64,000 nt of DNA, from positions 398-64,397 of the forward strand of contig CAZPEO010000001.1 of assembly GCA_964585675.1 (NCBI GenBank). The letters are read 5' to 3'. The stretch comes from an uncultured Candidatus Saccharibacteria bacterium. GTDB lineage: Bacteria > Patescibacteriota > Saccharimonadia > Saccharimonadales > Saccharimonadaceae. This document shows positions 19,769-29,584 of the stretch, in pieces (position 1 is the stretch's first letter; every line of letters begins with the position of its first letter). Made by a program: the position numbers and the translations under genes. The notes under the pieces were generated by a model. The model saw only the letters and a list, made by a program, of their open reading frames with translations, searched no databases and was not told where the DNA came from.

Positions 19769-20748
19769 TGGCAAAAAAACCCAACAATGCCAAAGCTCTT
19801 GTGGGTCAGAAGCGTCACAGGCGCCAGTGGATTACTTTTATCCGCATGTGCCGTTATGGTGTCAATAACTTCACTCGTAATGCGTGGCTTACTGTGGCGG
19901 CAACTGCAGTCATGACGATCACATTGCTCATCATTTTTCTGACAGTGATCGCTCAAAATGTTTTATCAGATACGACCGATCAGCTCGGAAAGCGTTTGGA
20001 GCGATCGATTTATCTCAAGCCAATGACGACCGAGCAACAAGCCTCAAAAATTATCGGCGATATCAAGACATTGTCCAATGTCGAATCTGTGACCTATATC
20101 ACCACTGAGCAGGGTCGCGCAGAATTTGCTGAAAAAAACAAAACCAGTAGTAGCACCCTCAGTGCAATCAATATCGCCACCAACAAAATTCCCGCCATCA
20201 TTCGCATCTCCCTCAAAGACCCTAACAACACTAGTCAGCTGATCGAATTTGTCAACACCAGCAAAGAGCTCAAGACGTACATCGAACCTTCGCGTCGACC
20301 ATCGTTTATGAGTAATCGCAAGGCTGCTACCGACACAATTGCCAGCTGGGCTCGCACCGCTCAACAGGTGGGAATTGGTGCAAGTGTGCTATTCACCAGC
20401 ATATCCATGCTCATCATCTTCAATACCATCCGTATGGCGATCTTCAACCGCAAAGAAGAAATTCAAATGATGAAGCTCATCGGTGCTGACCGTAGTTTTA
20501 TCCGTGGACCATTCGTGGTCGAAGCGATCGTCTATGGGTGTATTGCCGCCGTGCTCGCGACAGCGGCAGGTGTCGGTATCTTGCTTGGCATGAAGCAAGG
20601 ATTCGTGTCTTGGGGCGTGCCGATCGAGCAAACAATCACACTCATTATTTCCTACATAGGACTTGTACTCTTGGCGATGATCGTACTCGGGGCGGTTATT
20701 GGCACTATCTCATCGCTACTCGCCACCAGACGATATCTTCGGGTATAA
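19768..20748 (+). CDS. ftsX: Cell division permease FtsX
   Basis: NTIRMAIFNRKEEIQMMKLIGA...FIRGPF; directly after ftsE. Confidence 0.95.
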   Translation: MAKKPNNAKALVGQKRHRRQWITFIRMCRYGVNNFTRNAWLTVAATAVMTITLLIIFLTVIAQNVLSDTTDQLGKRLERSIYLKPMTTEQQASKIIGDIKTLSNVESVTYITTEQGRAEFAEKNKTSSSTLSAINIATNKIPAIIRISLKDPNNTSQLIEFVNTSKELKTYIEPSRRPSFMSNRKAATDTIASWARTAQQVGIGASVLFTSISMLIIFNTIRMAIFNRKEEIQMMKLIGADRSFIRGPFVVEAIVYGCIAAVLATAAGVGILLGMKQGFVSWGVPIEQTITLIISYIGLVLLAMIVLGAVIGTISSLLATRRYLRV

Positions 20749-20762
20749 AGAAGACAAAAGCC

Positions 20763-20791
20763 TTGACACCGCACAACGCTTATGCTACATT
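20763..20791 (+). promoter_or_regulatory. Leaderless sigma70 promoter of the CHAP hydrolase
   Basis: TTGACA-17-TACATT (with extended TG), 7 nt before ATG 20799. Confidence 0.7.
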
Positions 20792-20798
20792 GAGAGCA

Positions 20799-21950
20799 AT
20801 GAAACGGTCCACCACATCCATTTCAAGAGGGTTAGTCACCAAATCGGCATTGGTGGCAACTGCTGTTTTGATGGCTGTGAGTGGACCTCTCTCTGTGGGC
20901 CGTCACGTATTTGCTGACCAATATGACGACCAGATCAAAGCCATCGAAGCAGAGATTAGCGGGTATCAGCAGCAAGCAGCCACACTCAGTACCCAGGCAA
21001 AAACACTCCAAAACGAACTTGCAAGTTTGGCCACCCAAAAAGCCACAATTCAGGGCCAAATCGATCTAAGCCAGGCTAAGTACGACAAACTTGTCAACGA
21101 CATTAGAGCAACTGAGCAAAAGATCGCCGAAAACAAAGAAGCACTTGGTCAAATCATTGCCGATATGTATATCGATGGCTCGATCACGCCACTTGAAATG
21201 CTTGCTAGCTCAAATGACATCAGTGATTACGTTGACCAGCAAGAGTACCGCTCATCGATCCAAAACAGCTTGAGTCAGACTATCGACGAAATCAATACTC
21301 TCAAAAAGCAGCTTGAAACGCAAAAAGTCGATGTCGAACGCGTGCTGGCCGACCAAAAATCACAGCGTGACTTGCTCGCGAGCAAAGAGGCGGAGCAAGC
21401 CAAGCTCCTGGCGGATACGCAGGGACAAGAGGCTTCCTACCAGCAGCTTTCTTCGCAGCGAAGCGAGCAAATCAACAAGTTGCGCTCTGAGCAAGCTGCC
21501 GCAATGGCCGCAGCCGCTGCCGCGAGCGGTGCCAGCAACATCGGCGGTGGGTCAGTCGGTGGTGGCGGGTACCCAGGCGTATGGGCGTATGCAGAGCAGG
21601 ATACACTTGTTGATTCATGGGGGCTATACAACCGTGAGTGCGTTAGCTATACCGCCTGGAAAGTCGCGAGCACTGGACGATTCGTCCCTCACTTTGGTGG
21701 GTACGGCAACGCCAATCAGTGGCCATCAACCACTGCTCGGTACGGTATCCTAAGCGGCTCAACCCCCAAAGAAGGCTCAGTTGCGATTTGGTATGTCGGT
21801 GTTTATGGCCACGCGATGTATGTCGAGCGCGACAATCGCGATGGAACGATCCTTGTCAGTGATTACAACAACAACGCTGACGGCGGGGGCTGGGGTAGAT
21901 ACCACATCTATAATCGCTCGGCTGCAGGCCTCACCTATATCTATTTCTAA
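20799..21950 (+). CDS. PcsB/CwlO-like coiled-coil plus CHAP peptidoglycan hydrolase
   Basis: Signal peptide, long coiled coil, ECVSY...GNANQW...YGHAMYVE; follows ftsEX. Confidence 0.9.
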   Translation: MKRSTTSISRGLVTKSALVATAVLMAVSGPLSVGRHVFADQYDDQIKAIEAEISGYQQQAATLSTQAKTLQNELASLATQKATIQGQIDLSQAKYDKLVNDIRATEQKIAENKEALGQIIADMYIDGSITPLEMLASSNDISDYVDQQEYRSSIQNSLSQTIDEINTLKKQLETQKVDVERVLADQKSQRDLLASKEAEQAKLLADTQGQEASYQQLSSQRSEQINKLRSEQAAAMAAAAAASGASNIGGGSVGGGGYPGVWAYAEQDTLVDSWGLYNRECVSYTAWKVASTGRFVPHFGGYGNANQWPSTTARYGILSGSTPKEGSVAIWYVGVYGHAMYVERDNRDGTILVSDYNNNADGGGWGRYHIYNRSAAGLTYIYF

Positions 21951-21975
21951 ATAATTGTTTTGAAAACACCTAAAC

Positions 21976-22005
21976 TATAGCGTACCGCTCATCAGGTACG
22001 CTATA
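21976..22005. terminator. Hairpin (terminator or operator) between the CHAP gene and ctpA
   Basis: TATAGCGTACC-GCTCATCA-GGTACGCTATA, 11-bp perfect stem overlapping a TATACT box. Confidence 0.5.
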
Positions 22006-22038
22006 CTTAAGTATAAGCAATAAAAAAGGGGAGTATAC

Positions 22039-23265
22039 GTGAGCGAAAAAGAGCCGCAAAGGAGTGCGCATCGTCTGGTGGATATCGAAAAATCAGGAAT
22101 ATCAAAACAAGTTTTTTTTGTATGTATGGCACTCGTCGCGCTGGTATCGTTTGTGGCTGGTACCCGACAGGTTGAGCTGTACGCAGCGATTGCTCCTCTC
22201 TTTGGCAAAAAAGCCTCTAGTGAATCTCTCGAGCTAAGTATTGTTCAAAACACCTACCGTGAACTCAAAGCACACTATGATGGCAAGATTGACCCCGCGA
22301 CGCTTGCAGACGGTGCGGCCCGGGGCATGGTACAGGCTGCAGATGATCGCTATACGGTGTTTATGGATAAGCAAGAGGCAGAAACGTTTGCAAAAGAGCT
22401 GAGCGGGGAAGTGACTGGCATAGGCTGTGAGCTGGGTGTGCGTGGTGATAGGCCGACAGTGTTGCGGGTGCTCAAGGACTCTCCGGCCGAACAAGTAGGT
22501 CTGCTCGCAGGTGATATATTTGTGACTGTCAACGACGAAGACGTAGCAGAGGCAGATTCCGCCACCGTTGCTTCAAAGATTCGCGGCCAAGAGGGTACCA
22601 CGGTCAAGGTCGCAATTCTTCGTGCCAAAGAAACCAAAACGTTTTCTATCACTCGTGCGAAACTCAACGACCCAAGCGTGCGCTCTCGAGTGGAAGGCGC
22701 GCTTGGTGTTCTGATGATCTCGCGGTTCGACAGTGATACTGGACGGCTCGCTCGAGAAGCGGCGCGAGGCTTCAAAGACCAGGGAGTGACGAGCGTGATC
22801 TTAGACTTGCGAGATGATGGCGGTGGTTATCTAGACGCCGCACAAGACGTCGCTAGTCTGTGGCTGAGTGACAAAGTTATCGTCACCGAAAAAACCGGCG
22901 ACAAAGTGACCGATACCATCAAAGCCAAAGGAGAAGCCGTGCTCAGCGGCGTCAAGACCGTCGTTCTCGTCAATGGCAACAGTGCCAGTGCCAGCGAAAT
23001 TGTCGCCGGCGCACTCCAGGAACATCAAGCTGCCACGCTCCTGGGCGAAAAAACCTACGGAAAAGGCAGTGTCCAGCGGCTGATCGATCTGCCAGGCGGC
23101 CGCCAACTCAAAGTTACTGTCGCGCGCTGGTACACACCCAACGGACGCAACATCACCAAAGAAGGTATCACCCCTGACACGACGATCGCACTGACTTCTG
23201 AGGATCGCAATGCGAATCGCGATCCCCAGCTCGACGCCGCCAAAAAATCTCTCAGTAGCAACTAG
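22039..23265 (+). CDS. ctpA: S41 carboxyl-terminal processing protease
   Basis: PDZ (GIG), LDLRDDGGG, SASASEI, TYGKGSVQ. Confidence 0.93.
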   Translation: MSEKEPQRSAHRLVDIEKSGISKQVFFVCMALVALVSFVAGTRQVELYAAIAPLFGKKASSESLELSIVQNTYRELKAHYDGKIDPATLADGAARGMVQAADDRYTVFMDKQEAETFAKELSGEVTGIGCELGVRGDRPTVLRVLKDSPAEQVGLLAGDIFVTVNDEDVAEADSATVASKIRGQEGTTVKVAILRAKETKTFSITRAKLNDPSVRSRVEGALGVLMISRFDSDTGRLAREAARGFKDQGVTSVILDLRDDGGGYLDAAQDVASLWLSDKVIVTEKTGDKVTDTIKAKGEAVLSGVKTVVLVNGNSASASEIVAGALQEHQAATLLGEKTYGKGSVQRLIDLPGGRQLKVTVARWYTPNGRNITKEGITPDTTIALTSEDRNANRDPQLDAAKKSLSSN

Positions 23266-23303
23266 CTTGTGCTTCTCCATAGCTTGCGGTAGTATAGACA
23301 TAT

Positions 23304-23702
23304 ATGGATGTAAAGAAAAAGATTCTCTTAGTAGAAGACGACACTGCGCTCGCAGCCGTCTATCGCTCTCGGCTCGAGCTTGAGGGGTTTGAAACGCACG
23401 AAGTACACAACGGGGAAGACGCTTTGTCGGCGGCTATGTCGTACAAGCCTGACCTTATTCTTCTCGATGCCATGATGCCAAAGATTAGCGGATTCGACGT
23501 TCTCGATATCATCCGCAACACACCAGAAACCACCAATATGCGTGTCATCATGCTCACCGCACTCAGCCAGCCAAAAGACAAAGAGCGCGCCGAGCAGCTT
23601 GGTGTCGATGATTATCTTGTCAAATCTCAAGTTGTCATCGGTGATGTCGTCGCTCGCGTCAAGCATCACCTCGGTCTCGATATCTCGACAGCAAGCCATT
23701 AG
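23304..23702 (+). CDS. Stand-alone response regulator receiver
   Basis: ILLVEDD, LLDAMMP, MLTA, YLVK. Confidence 0.92.
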   Translation: MDVKKKILLVEDDTALAAVYRSRLELEGFETHEVHNGEDALSAAMSYKPDLILLDAMMPKISGFDVLDIIRNTPETTNMRVIMLTALSQPKDKERAEQLGVDDYLVKSQVVIGDVVARVKHHLGLDISTASH

Positions 23703-23725
23703 ATGAAGGCTGAGTATAAACGCTA

Positions 23726-23754
23726 TTGACGCGGAGAGAGTGCCCATTTATAAT
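23726..23754 (+). promoter_or_regulatory. Sigma70 promoter
   Basis: TTGACG-17-TATAAT upstream of the 752-aa gene. Confidence 0.7.
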
Positions 23755-23796
23755 GCATTCTCAGAAGAGTATAGGAAACAAAAAAGGAAATAGAGG

Positions 23797-26055
23797 ATGG
23801 ACCACAACAAGCTGCACACAAAGGACGCAACTGATCTTGCCAAGTTTGAGAAGGTTGTAGAGCGTAAGCGTCAAGAGATGGGTCGCAAGGAGGCCTGGGG
23901 GGCATATGATAAGCCCCAGGGATCAGCCAACCCCGACGATAAGTTATTCGAAGAGTACCTTGCAGAGCGTCCTTCTGAAGGCGTGGTGCGTGACGGCGAT
24001 AAGTTTCGCGAAGCCCATACTGGGAAATTTGCGAGCGAAGATGATTATAAAAAATCACTTAGCCCAGAGCGTTCATCAGTAGAGGATGAAAATCGCTCTG
24101 AGTATGATTCAATGAAACTTCAGGACCTTGCGAAAATGATTGGTAAGTACCAAGACGATCGTTCGATGTATGAGGAATTATCATATATTTTGCAAAATCG
24201 TATAGATACCTTTGCTAATAAATACCACTGGGATGACGAACAGAAGCAGTATCATACTGATGCATTACTTGAAATCGCTATGAAGCCTCAGGAGAGCGAA
24301 AAGTCACCTGCTGAGGGCAGTGAAGTGAGTGCGGGTGAGGCTGATGAACCGTCCGCAGATGCTGTAGAATCTCTGCAGCCTGCAGCCGCCGAAACCGTTG
24401 AGGAAGTCAGGCTGGGCGAGCTCAAAGGTGAAATTGCTGCTCTTCAGGCTAGGTTTGATGTAGCACATCGGGAAATACTCAAGATGCTAGAGCATCTCAA
24501 GAGACCAGACGTCGCAGACGCGGGCTCTGTAAATACTAAGGATGGCCAAGAGGCGTCAGTAGCCCCTGAAGCAACACCAGATGCTCGTCAATCGATTGCT
24601 GATACTGCCGACAACGAGAAGCCGCTGGAGTCTTCGAGGGGTAAACCAATGATTACGATCGTTGATCCACGCAATGGACAGCCTATCTCTGCATACCAAC
24701 CTAAAGCACCAACACACGAAAGGCATGATCGCTCTGAGACGCCAGCTTGGCTTAGGGAGATACGCACACCCCGGTATCCCGAGCAGAATCCGAATAAATC
24801 TGGTCGCCTAAAGAAATTTGGCAGGAAAGCTGTAGTATTAGCTGCTGGCCTTGCACTATCTCTGAGTGCATTATTTGGAGGTACTTCAGGTGGTGATCAA
24901 GCCCACGCTGCACCTGAGCGGGCCCCTGTGTCAACGAGTATTGATAGTGGGGATCTCGGCGTCTTCCGTGTAGGCGAAATCAAAACAATTAATACGGATG
25001 GCGCCATAGCCGAAGAAGCCAAGCGAATAGAGCAGGAGAAACGAGATTTTGAATTGTATTATTATGCTTATGACAAAGAGAAGACTCACAAATATAACGT
25101 AGGTCCTGCCTATAACGGAGAACACACTAAAGAAGCAATTTCGGCAGAGATATTGAAGCGCTCAGCCCACGATCCCAATTTACTGGCGACTTTCTCTGTC
25201 GGCTGTGGTATAGGTGAGGGCGACGCAGCTGCCATGAACGCGTGTGCAAACAAATTCGCCACAGATCGTGACGCCGCAAAAACTGCACACCGGCAACTAA
25301 AAGATTTCTTCGCGAACAAGTCGGTCACAATGGAGGTTAAAGAGATCAAAGGTCCTTACGATGCGCTATGGGCAAACACTTCTGGCAAGCAGCCAGGTGA
25401 GCGTCCAGACATAGTATTAGCGGAGAGCACTGAAACCGGAGGCTCCGCAGTAGAAATAAGATATAACGGCGAGATAGTCGGAGAGTGGCGTCTTGACTGT
25501 GGTTTTCAGTGGATGGTGCAAGAGGAGCACGTAAAAGCGATAAAAGCAGTCAATTCAGATGTCACCCAAATAGCAGCACCAGAGGTACATAAGCCCGTCA
25601 CTATTATGGTGAAGTACTATGTTTCAAAACAGCCTATGGGGACTACGCCTAACACCCCCGACACTCCCGATACCCCCGATACGCCTGATGTCCCCGACAC
25701 CCCCGATACCCCTCCCGAAAAGATTCTAGAGCCAAAGGATCCAGCCAAAGATATCAATGCTAATACCGACCTACCACCGCAACAGCAAATGGGTGACATA
25801 CGCATGAATGCAGGAGATCTCAAACCAGATAAGCCAGTAAACGATGTCTATACTCCTCCATCACAAACGAATACCTCATCAGAGGTAGCTCCTGGGGTCA
25901 CGCAGGGTACAGTAGCACCTAGTAACGAGGAGCACCATGACGCAGCAGGTGATTTGACCGTTGACCATGAGAAAGCTGTAGAAACTGCGACACCGGCGAC
26001 AACCAATACTACACCAAATACTGGAACAATAGCCCCGCCAGCTTTTGGCAACTAA
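23797..26055 (+). CDS. Large bitopic membrane protein with Pro-Asp-Thr repeats
   Basis: Acidic N-terminal half, one central TM (RKAVVLAAGLALSLSALFGG), C-terminal (TPD)n and T/P-rich tail. Confidence 0.8.
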   Translation: MDHNKLHTKDATDLAKFEKVVERKRQEMGRKEAWGAYDKPQGSANPDDKLFEEYLAERPSEGVVRDGDKFREAHTGKFASEDDYKKSLSPERSSVEDENRSEYDSMKLQDLAKMIGKYQDDRSMYEELSYILQNRIDTFANKYHWDDEQKQYHTDALLEIAMKPQESEKSPAEGSEVSAGEADEPSADAVESLQPAAAETVEEVRLGELKGEIAALQARFDVAHREILKMLEHLKRPDVADAGSVNTKDGQEASVAPEATPDARQSIADTADNEKPLESSRGKPMITIVDPRNGQPISAYQPKAPTHERHDRSETPAWLREIRTPRYPEQNPNKSGRLKKFGRKAVVLAAGLALSLSALFGGTSGGDQAHAAPERAPVSTSIDSGDLGVFRVGEIKTINTDGAIAEEAKRIEQEKRDFELYYYAYDKEKTHKYNVGPAYNGEHTKEAISAEILKRSAHDPNLLATFSVGCGIGEGDAAAMNACANKFATDRDAAKTAHRQLKDFFANKSVTMEVKEIKGPYDALWANTSGKQPGERPDIVLAESTETGGSAVEIRYNGEIVGEWRLDCGFQWMVQEEHVKAIKAVNSDVTQIAAPEVHKPVTIMVKYYVSKQPMGTTPNTPDTPDTPDTPDVPDTPDTPPEKILEPKDPAKDINANTDLPPQQQMGDIRMNAGDLKPDKPVNDVYTPPSQTNTSSEVAPGVTQGTVAPSNEEHHDAAGDLTVDHEKAVETATPATTNTTPNTGTIAPPAFGN
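25645..25716 (+). repeat. 9-bp tandem repeat encoding (T/V)PD x8
   Basis: acgcctaac acccccgac actcccgat acccccgat acgcctgat gtccccgac acccccgat acccctccc. Confidence 0.8.
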
Positions 26056-26087
26056 TCGTCAGCGACTAAAAAAGGAGACCAAACGCG

Positions 26088-27503
26088 ATGAGAACAATAT
26101 TTCACACTATCACAGGGCTAACAGGCAGGCTCAAGCACTGGCAAGGTGCGTTGCTTGCGCCGCTGATTGTACTAGTGCTCGGAGCGGGTTTTGCTCAGGC
26201 TTATGGCCCCGCGCGCACTACCTATACTATAGAAAAACCAGCCGATCGTATCACTTTCAACTCCATCACAAACAACCCCAATTATGGCGATGAGCGCAAC
26301 TTCTTAATTATCAAAGATGCCGCTAATACATCACCTGGCGGGTGGGTAGACAACATACAGGTGCAAAATGGTAAGGAATATCTTGTGCGTTTGTATGTGC
26401 ACAATAACGCAGCCGCCAACCTGAACCTCGTCGCTACAAATGTTCGGGCAATAGCTAATGTGCCAAACAATGCTGGCACGAGCATTCAGATTGACGGTTC
26501 GATTACCGCGGACAATGCTCAGCCTCAAAAGGTCTGGGACGATGTTGTACTGACGTCGTCAAATAAGTTTACCGTTGCCTACGTGCCTGGCTCGGCAAAG
26601 TACGCCAATAACCTCAACGCTAATCCAGGTTTCCAGCTAGCTGATTCAATCGTGACAAGTGCCGGTGCGCTCTTGGGTTATCAAAAGATGGATGGCAACA
26701 TCCCTGGTTGCTTCCAATACTCAGGTATCGTGACGTTCCGTGTCAAAGTGGCTGATGTCCCGTCACCCAACTTTACTGTCAAAAAGCAAGTATCAGTTGC
26801 CGGCCAAAACAAATGGCAAGATTCGCTGACCGCTAAACCTGGCGAAAAAGTTGACTTCATGGTGACTTATACGAACACCGGTACAGCGCAGCAGGATAAT
26901 GTCGTGGTGCGTGATGCCTTACCGAAAGGACTCTCCTATGTTGCTGGGAGCAGTTACTTAGCTAATAGCCAGTCACCAAATGGCAGTAAGGTCGCCGATG
27001 CTGTTACGACAAACGGCCTCAATATTGGCTCATATTCACCCCAGAGTAATGCCTACGTCAAGTTTAGTGCGACTGTCGATGCCGCTCAGGCTGCTTGTGG
27101 CACGAATACACTCACCAACACCGCTACTGTTGTAACAGCGAACGGCAACAAGCAGGGAAGTGCAAGCGTGCTCGTCAACAGCGCGTGTGCAGCGAATGAA
27201 TGCAAGCCTGGCATACCAGCTGGGGATGCTCGTTGCAACGAGTGTTTACCTGGCATACCGGCGGGTGATGCACGCTGCACGCCGGCGGAATTGCCTCACA
27301 CTGGTATCGGGAGCGCGATTGCTATCGGCATACTGATTGCAGCAGCAGTAGGTGGATTCTTTTACTGGGATCAACGTCAGCTTGCGCGCAAACGAGCCGC
27401 TGCTAAAGATGAAGAAAAACAGTACCCTAATGTCACTACCCCTCATGCTCGTCACCACGATCATGATACCAAAGGCGTCCATCACAAAGACAAAAGAGAC
27501 TGA
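26088..27503 (+). CDS. Secreted DUF11-like surface protein with LPxTG-like anchor
   Basis: Signal peptide, KPGEKVDFMVTYTNTG...VVVRDALPKGLSYVAGS (DUF11 pattern), 2x C.PGIPAGDARC, LPHTG + TM + basic tail. Confidence 0.85.
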   Translation: MRTIFHTITGLTGRLKHWQGALLAPLIVLVLGAGFAQAYGPARTTYTIEKPADRITFNSITNNPNYGDERNFLIIKDAANTSPGGWVDNIQVQNGKEYLVRLYVHNNAAANLNLVATNVRAIANVPNNAGTSIQIDGSITADNAQPQKVWDDVVLTSSNKFTVAYVPGSAKYANNLNANPGFQLADSIVTSAGALLGYQKMDGNIPGCFQYSGIVTFRVKVADVPSPNFTVKKQVSVAGQNKWQDSLTAKPGEKVDFMVTYTNTGTAQQDNVVVRDALPKGLSYVAGSSYLANSQSPNGSKVADAVTTNGLNIGSYSPQSNAYVKFSATVDAAQAACGTNTLTNTATVVTANGNKQGSASVLVNSACAANECKPGIPAGDARCNECLPGIPAGDARCTPAELPHTGIGSAIAIGILIAAAVGGFFYWDQRQLARKRAAAKDEEKQYPNVTTPHARHHDHDTKGVHHKDKRD

Positions 27504-27527
27504 ATAACAATTCCGCCGAGTTGCCTC

Positions 27528-27560
27528 ATCCCTCGCTTCTGACACAAAGACGCGGGGGAT
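27528..27560 (+). terminator. Putative terminator hairpin
   Basis: ATCCCTCGC...GCGGGGAT imperfect stem after the surface-protein gene. Confidence 0.45.
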
Positions 27561-27613
27561 ATTGAGTATGATTATATCGTCAGAAAGCAGTTGTAGTACA
27601 ATGAAACATTCTA

Positions 27614-27642
27614 TTGACTTTTGGTCAATTTTTTGCTATAGT
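27614..27642 (+). promoter_or_regulatory. Sigma70 promoter with a dyad over the -35
   Basis: TTGACT-17-TATAGT; ATTGAC-ttttg-GTCAAT inverted repeat. Confidence 0.6.
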
Positions 27643-27671
27643 GTATCTAAAGGTAAATTATAAACATAAAA

Positions 27672-28454
27672 ATGACTAAACAAGAACACCCACAGTTTGG
27701 CGCAGAAAATCAAGAAGTGCCACCACTCTCTCGGCATATCGACACACTGCTATCCTCGCAGGAGGTTGCACGGTTGCCCGAAGAAGAACAGGGTAGGGCT
27801 ATTATGGACCAATTCGTCGGTATATTAGTGCGACAGGGTAATGTCACAACGGCTGATGGGCATACTGTCACGCCAAAAGATATCCTCACGACTCTCGATG
27901 ACCTAGGTACAGCTCGTTTACCCAGTGGCCTTTTGTCATTTACGAGGCAAAAAGGTATTCGTCAAGCAGTTGAGGCTCTGTCAAAAGACCCACGAACCGG
28001 CCAGCTGATAGGGGCAATTGGTCGAGATATCTTACAGTACGACGACAACGGCAACATCTTACTAAGTACAGAGAACCAGATCGAAGGCTATCTTCAGAGC
28101 GGTGAAGATACGCAGCTCGACCCAACTGATACATTCTACGATGGGCAGTGGAAAGAGGCTCTTAGAGATAAAATCCGTGACGTGATCGATAAGGGACATG
28201 TTTGGGGGTATGACCCCAATAAAGGTCCTATTGAATCTGATAACGATTTTGTCCGCAAGTCAGGTATCGCATGGAGGGGAACTTTCTACACAGCAGAACG
28301 GGCTGGCGTAGATATGTGGCTTTTGGGTAAGTCTGCAGAGTTGATCGCACGCCGAAAGAAAATTGGCCATGATATAGGCGTACGCGCTGGGGTACTGACT
28401 GTTATTGCTGATTCAGAAACTGGTCTTCAATTTAGCAAACTTTGGGAGTCGTAA
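27672..28454 (+). CDS. Hypothetical protein
   Basis: 260 aa ORF with its own promoter; no motif recognised. Confidence 0.7.
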   Translation: MTKQEHPQFGAENQEVPPLSRHIDTLLSSQEVARLPEEEQGRAIMDQFVGILVRQGNVTTADGHTVTPKDILTTLDDLGTARLPSGLLSFTRQKGIRQAVEALSKDPRTGQLIGAIGRDILQYDDNGNILLSTENQIEGYLQSGEDTQLDPTDTFYDGQWKEALRDKIRDVIDKGHVWGYDPNKGPIESDNDFVRKSGIAWRGTFYTAERAGVDMWLLGKSAELIARRKKIGHDIGVRAGVLTVIADSETGLQFSKLWES

Positions 28455-28543
28455 AGTGCTGCATGTAAGAGGTGAGCATAGAATATAACTAATGCCGAGG
28501 CATTCCACTGTCTCTGCTTAGTCACGGCTATTCTGGTGTCGTT

Positions 28544-28816
28544 TTATTCGACAACAACCTGTACGCGGGGGTGGGTGCGGCCAGTAAATGAAGCCTTTTT
28601 GATCTTTTTGAATATCACGGTACCAGCTTTTTTGGCGTGGATAGTGAAGTTACGGCTGATATAGGTGCCAGGACCAGCGACTTTGGTACTACCAGTTTGG
28701 CGGACGAGTACTTCGCCAGCTGCAACTTTCTGGCCGCCATAGCGCTTCACGCCCAGGCGAGCGCCGGCGTTGTTGTGGACGTTCTTGCTTGAACCACCTG
28801 CTTTAACGTGTGACAT
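28544..28816 (-). CDS. rpmA: 50S ribosomal protein L27
   Basis: SHVKAGGSSKN...RLGVKRYGGQ.V.AG...RQ.G; AAGGAG RBS; TTGACT-17-TACAAT promoter at 28881-28853. Confidence 0.96.
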   Translation of the reverse strand: MSHVKAGGSSKNVHNNAGARLGVKRYGGQKVAAGEVLVRQTGSTKVAGPGTYISRNFTIHAKKAGTVIFKKIKKASFTGRTHPRVQVVVE

Positions 28817-28903
28817 AGGACTCCTTAGAATTTGCTATAAATAATCTGTTCTATTGTACGCACAGGCAGGCAAAAAGTCAAGAGCGCCTAATGAAATAAA
28901 TCT

Positions 28904-28929
28904 TGTATCGATTTACTCACCGATCGTGT
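28904..28929 (+). repeat. 26-bp inverted repeat, left copy
   Basis: TGTATCGATTTACTCACCGATCGTGT is the exact reverse complement of 29516-29541. Confidence 0.95.
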
Positions 28930-28988
28930 CGAATAACAATACAAAATATTTTTATACATAGCAGTAGATAGAAAAACGACGGCTGCCT

Positions 28989-29501
28989 TTAGATAGCTAC
29001 AGCCTCATATAGTTTGACGTATGGGGTGATTCGTAGCTCGCGCATTGCTTGTGTGAGGATGGCGCGTGAATCGTACGTGCTCTCCCAGACACTTTTTTGT
29101 ACAGGTACAAACTCAAGCTCGCGTAGTAGAGTACGAAACCGTGCACGCTGTCGCGCGTACTGCTCTGGGATGTCAAAAATTACCACAATATACGCACCAG
29201 AAAGTTTGACGGGCTGGTATGGCTCTAGAGCTGCGTGCCCTGTGGGCGAAAGCGTCGGCTGGCGACTGGGTGAGACGACAATATAACCGTCTTTGATGGC
29301 GCGGTAGTAGCTGCTTCGCAAGGTAGAGCGTGAGTATTTGTTGCTGATTTTTTCGAGATCGTTGAAAAAGTTATTTGGTTTGTATGCCAGCATGAGGTTG
29401 GCGCGCGAGTAGGGGAGGAGCGCCTCAAGGATGTAGCGCAGTGAACTGTCCGGCAAAGTGCCGGTGTAGGCCTGGTATAGCGTACGTTTGGGACGAGGCA
29501 T
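28989..29501 (-). CDS. PaaX-like protein (wHTH plus Cas2-like ferredoxin domain), CPR type
   Basis: STLRSSYYRAIKDGYI...LSPTG (wHTH) then IVVIFDIPE...RARFRTLL..L.F..VQKSVW (PaaX-central/Cas2-like motif). Confidence 0.8.
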   Translation of the reverse strand: MPRPKRTLYQAYTGTLPDSSLRYILEALLPYSRANLMLAYKPNNFFNDLEKISNKYSRSTLRSSYYRAIKDGYIVVSPSRQPTLSPTGHAALEPYQPVKLSGAYIVVIFDIPEQYARQRARFRTLLRELEFVPVQKSVWESTYDSRAILTQAMRELRITPYVKLYEAVAI

Positions 29502-29515
29502 CGTATTAATATATT

Positions 29516-29541
29516 ACACGATCGGTGAGTAAATCGATACA
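29516..29541 (-). repeat. 26-bp inverted repeat, right copy (promoter region of the PaaX-like gene)
   Basis: ACACGATCGGTGAGTAAATCGATACA, 14 nt upstream of the ATG. Confidence 0.95.
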
Positions 29542-29584
29542 GTTTTGCAGAGGTGTGTGCAGTTCTAGTGACGATTGGTCGCTT

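Noticed and set aside
28989-29501. CRISPR-Cas locus suggested by the Cas2-like motif
   Set aside because: No cas1 or other cas genes and no repeat-spacer array; the N-terminal wHTH indicates the PaaX-like family
28904-29541. Classical IS element
   Set aside because: No DDE or HUH transposase motif and no target-site duplication (flanks AAATCT / GTTTTG)
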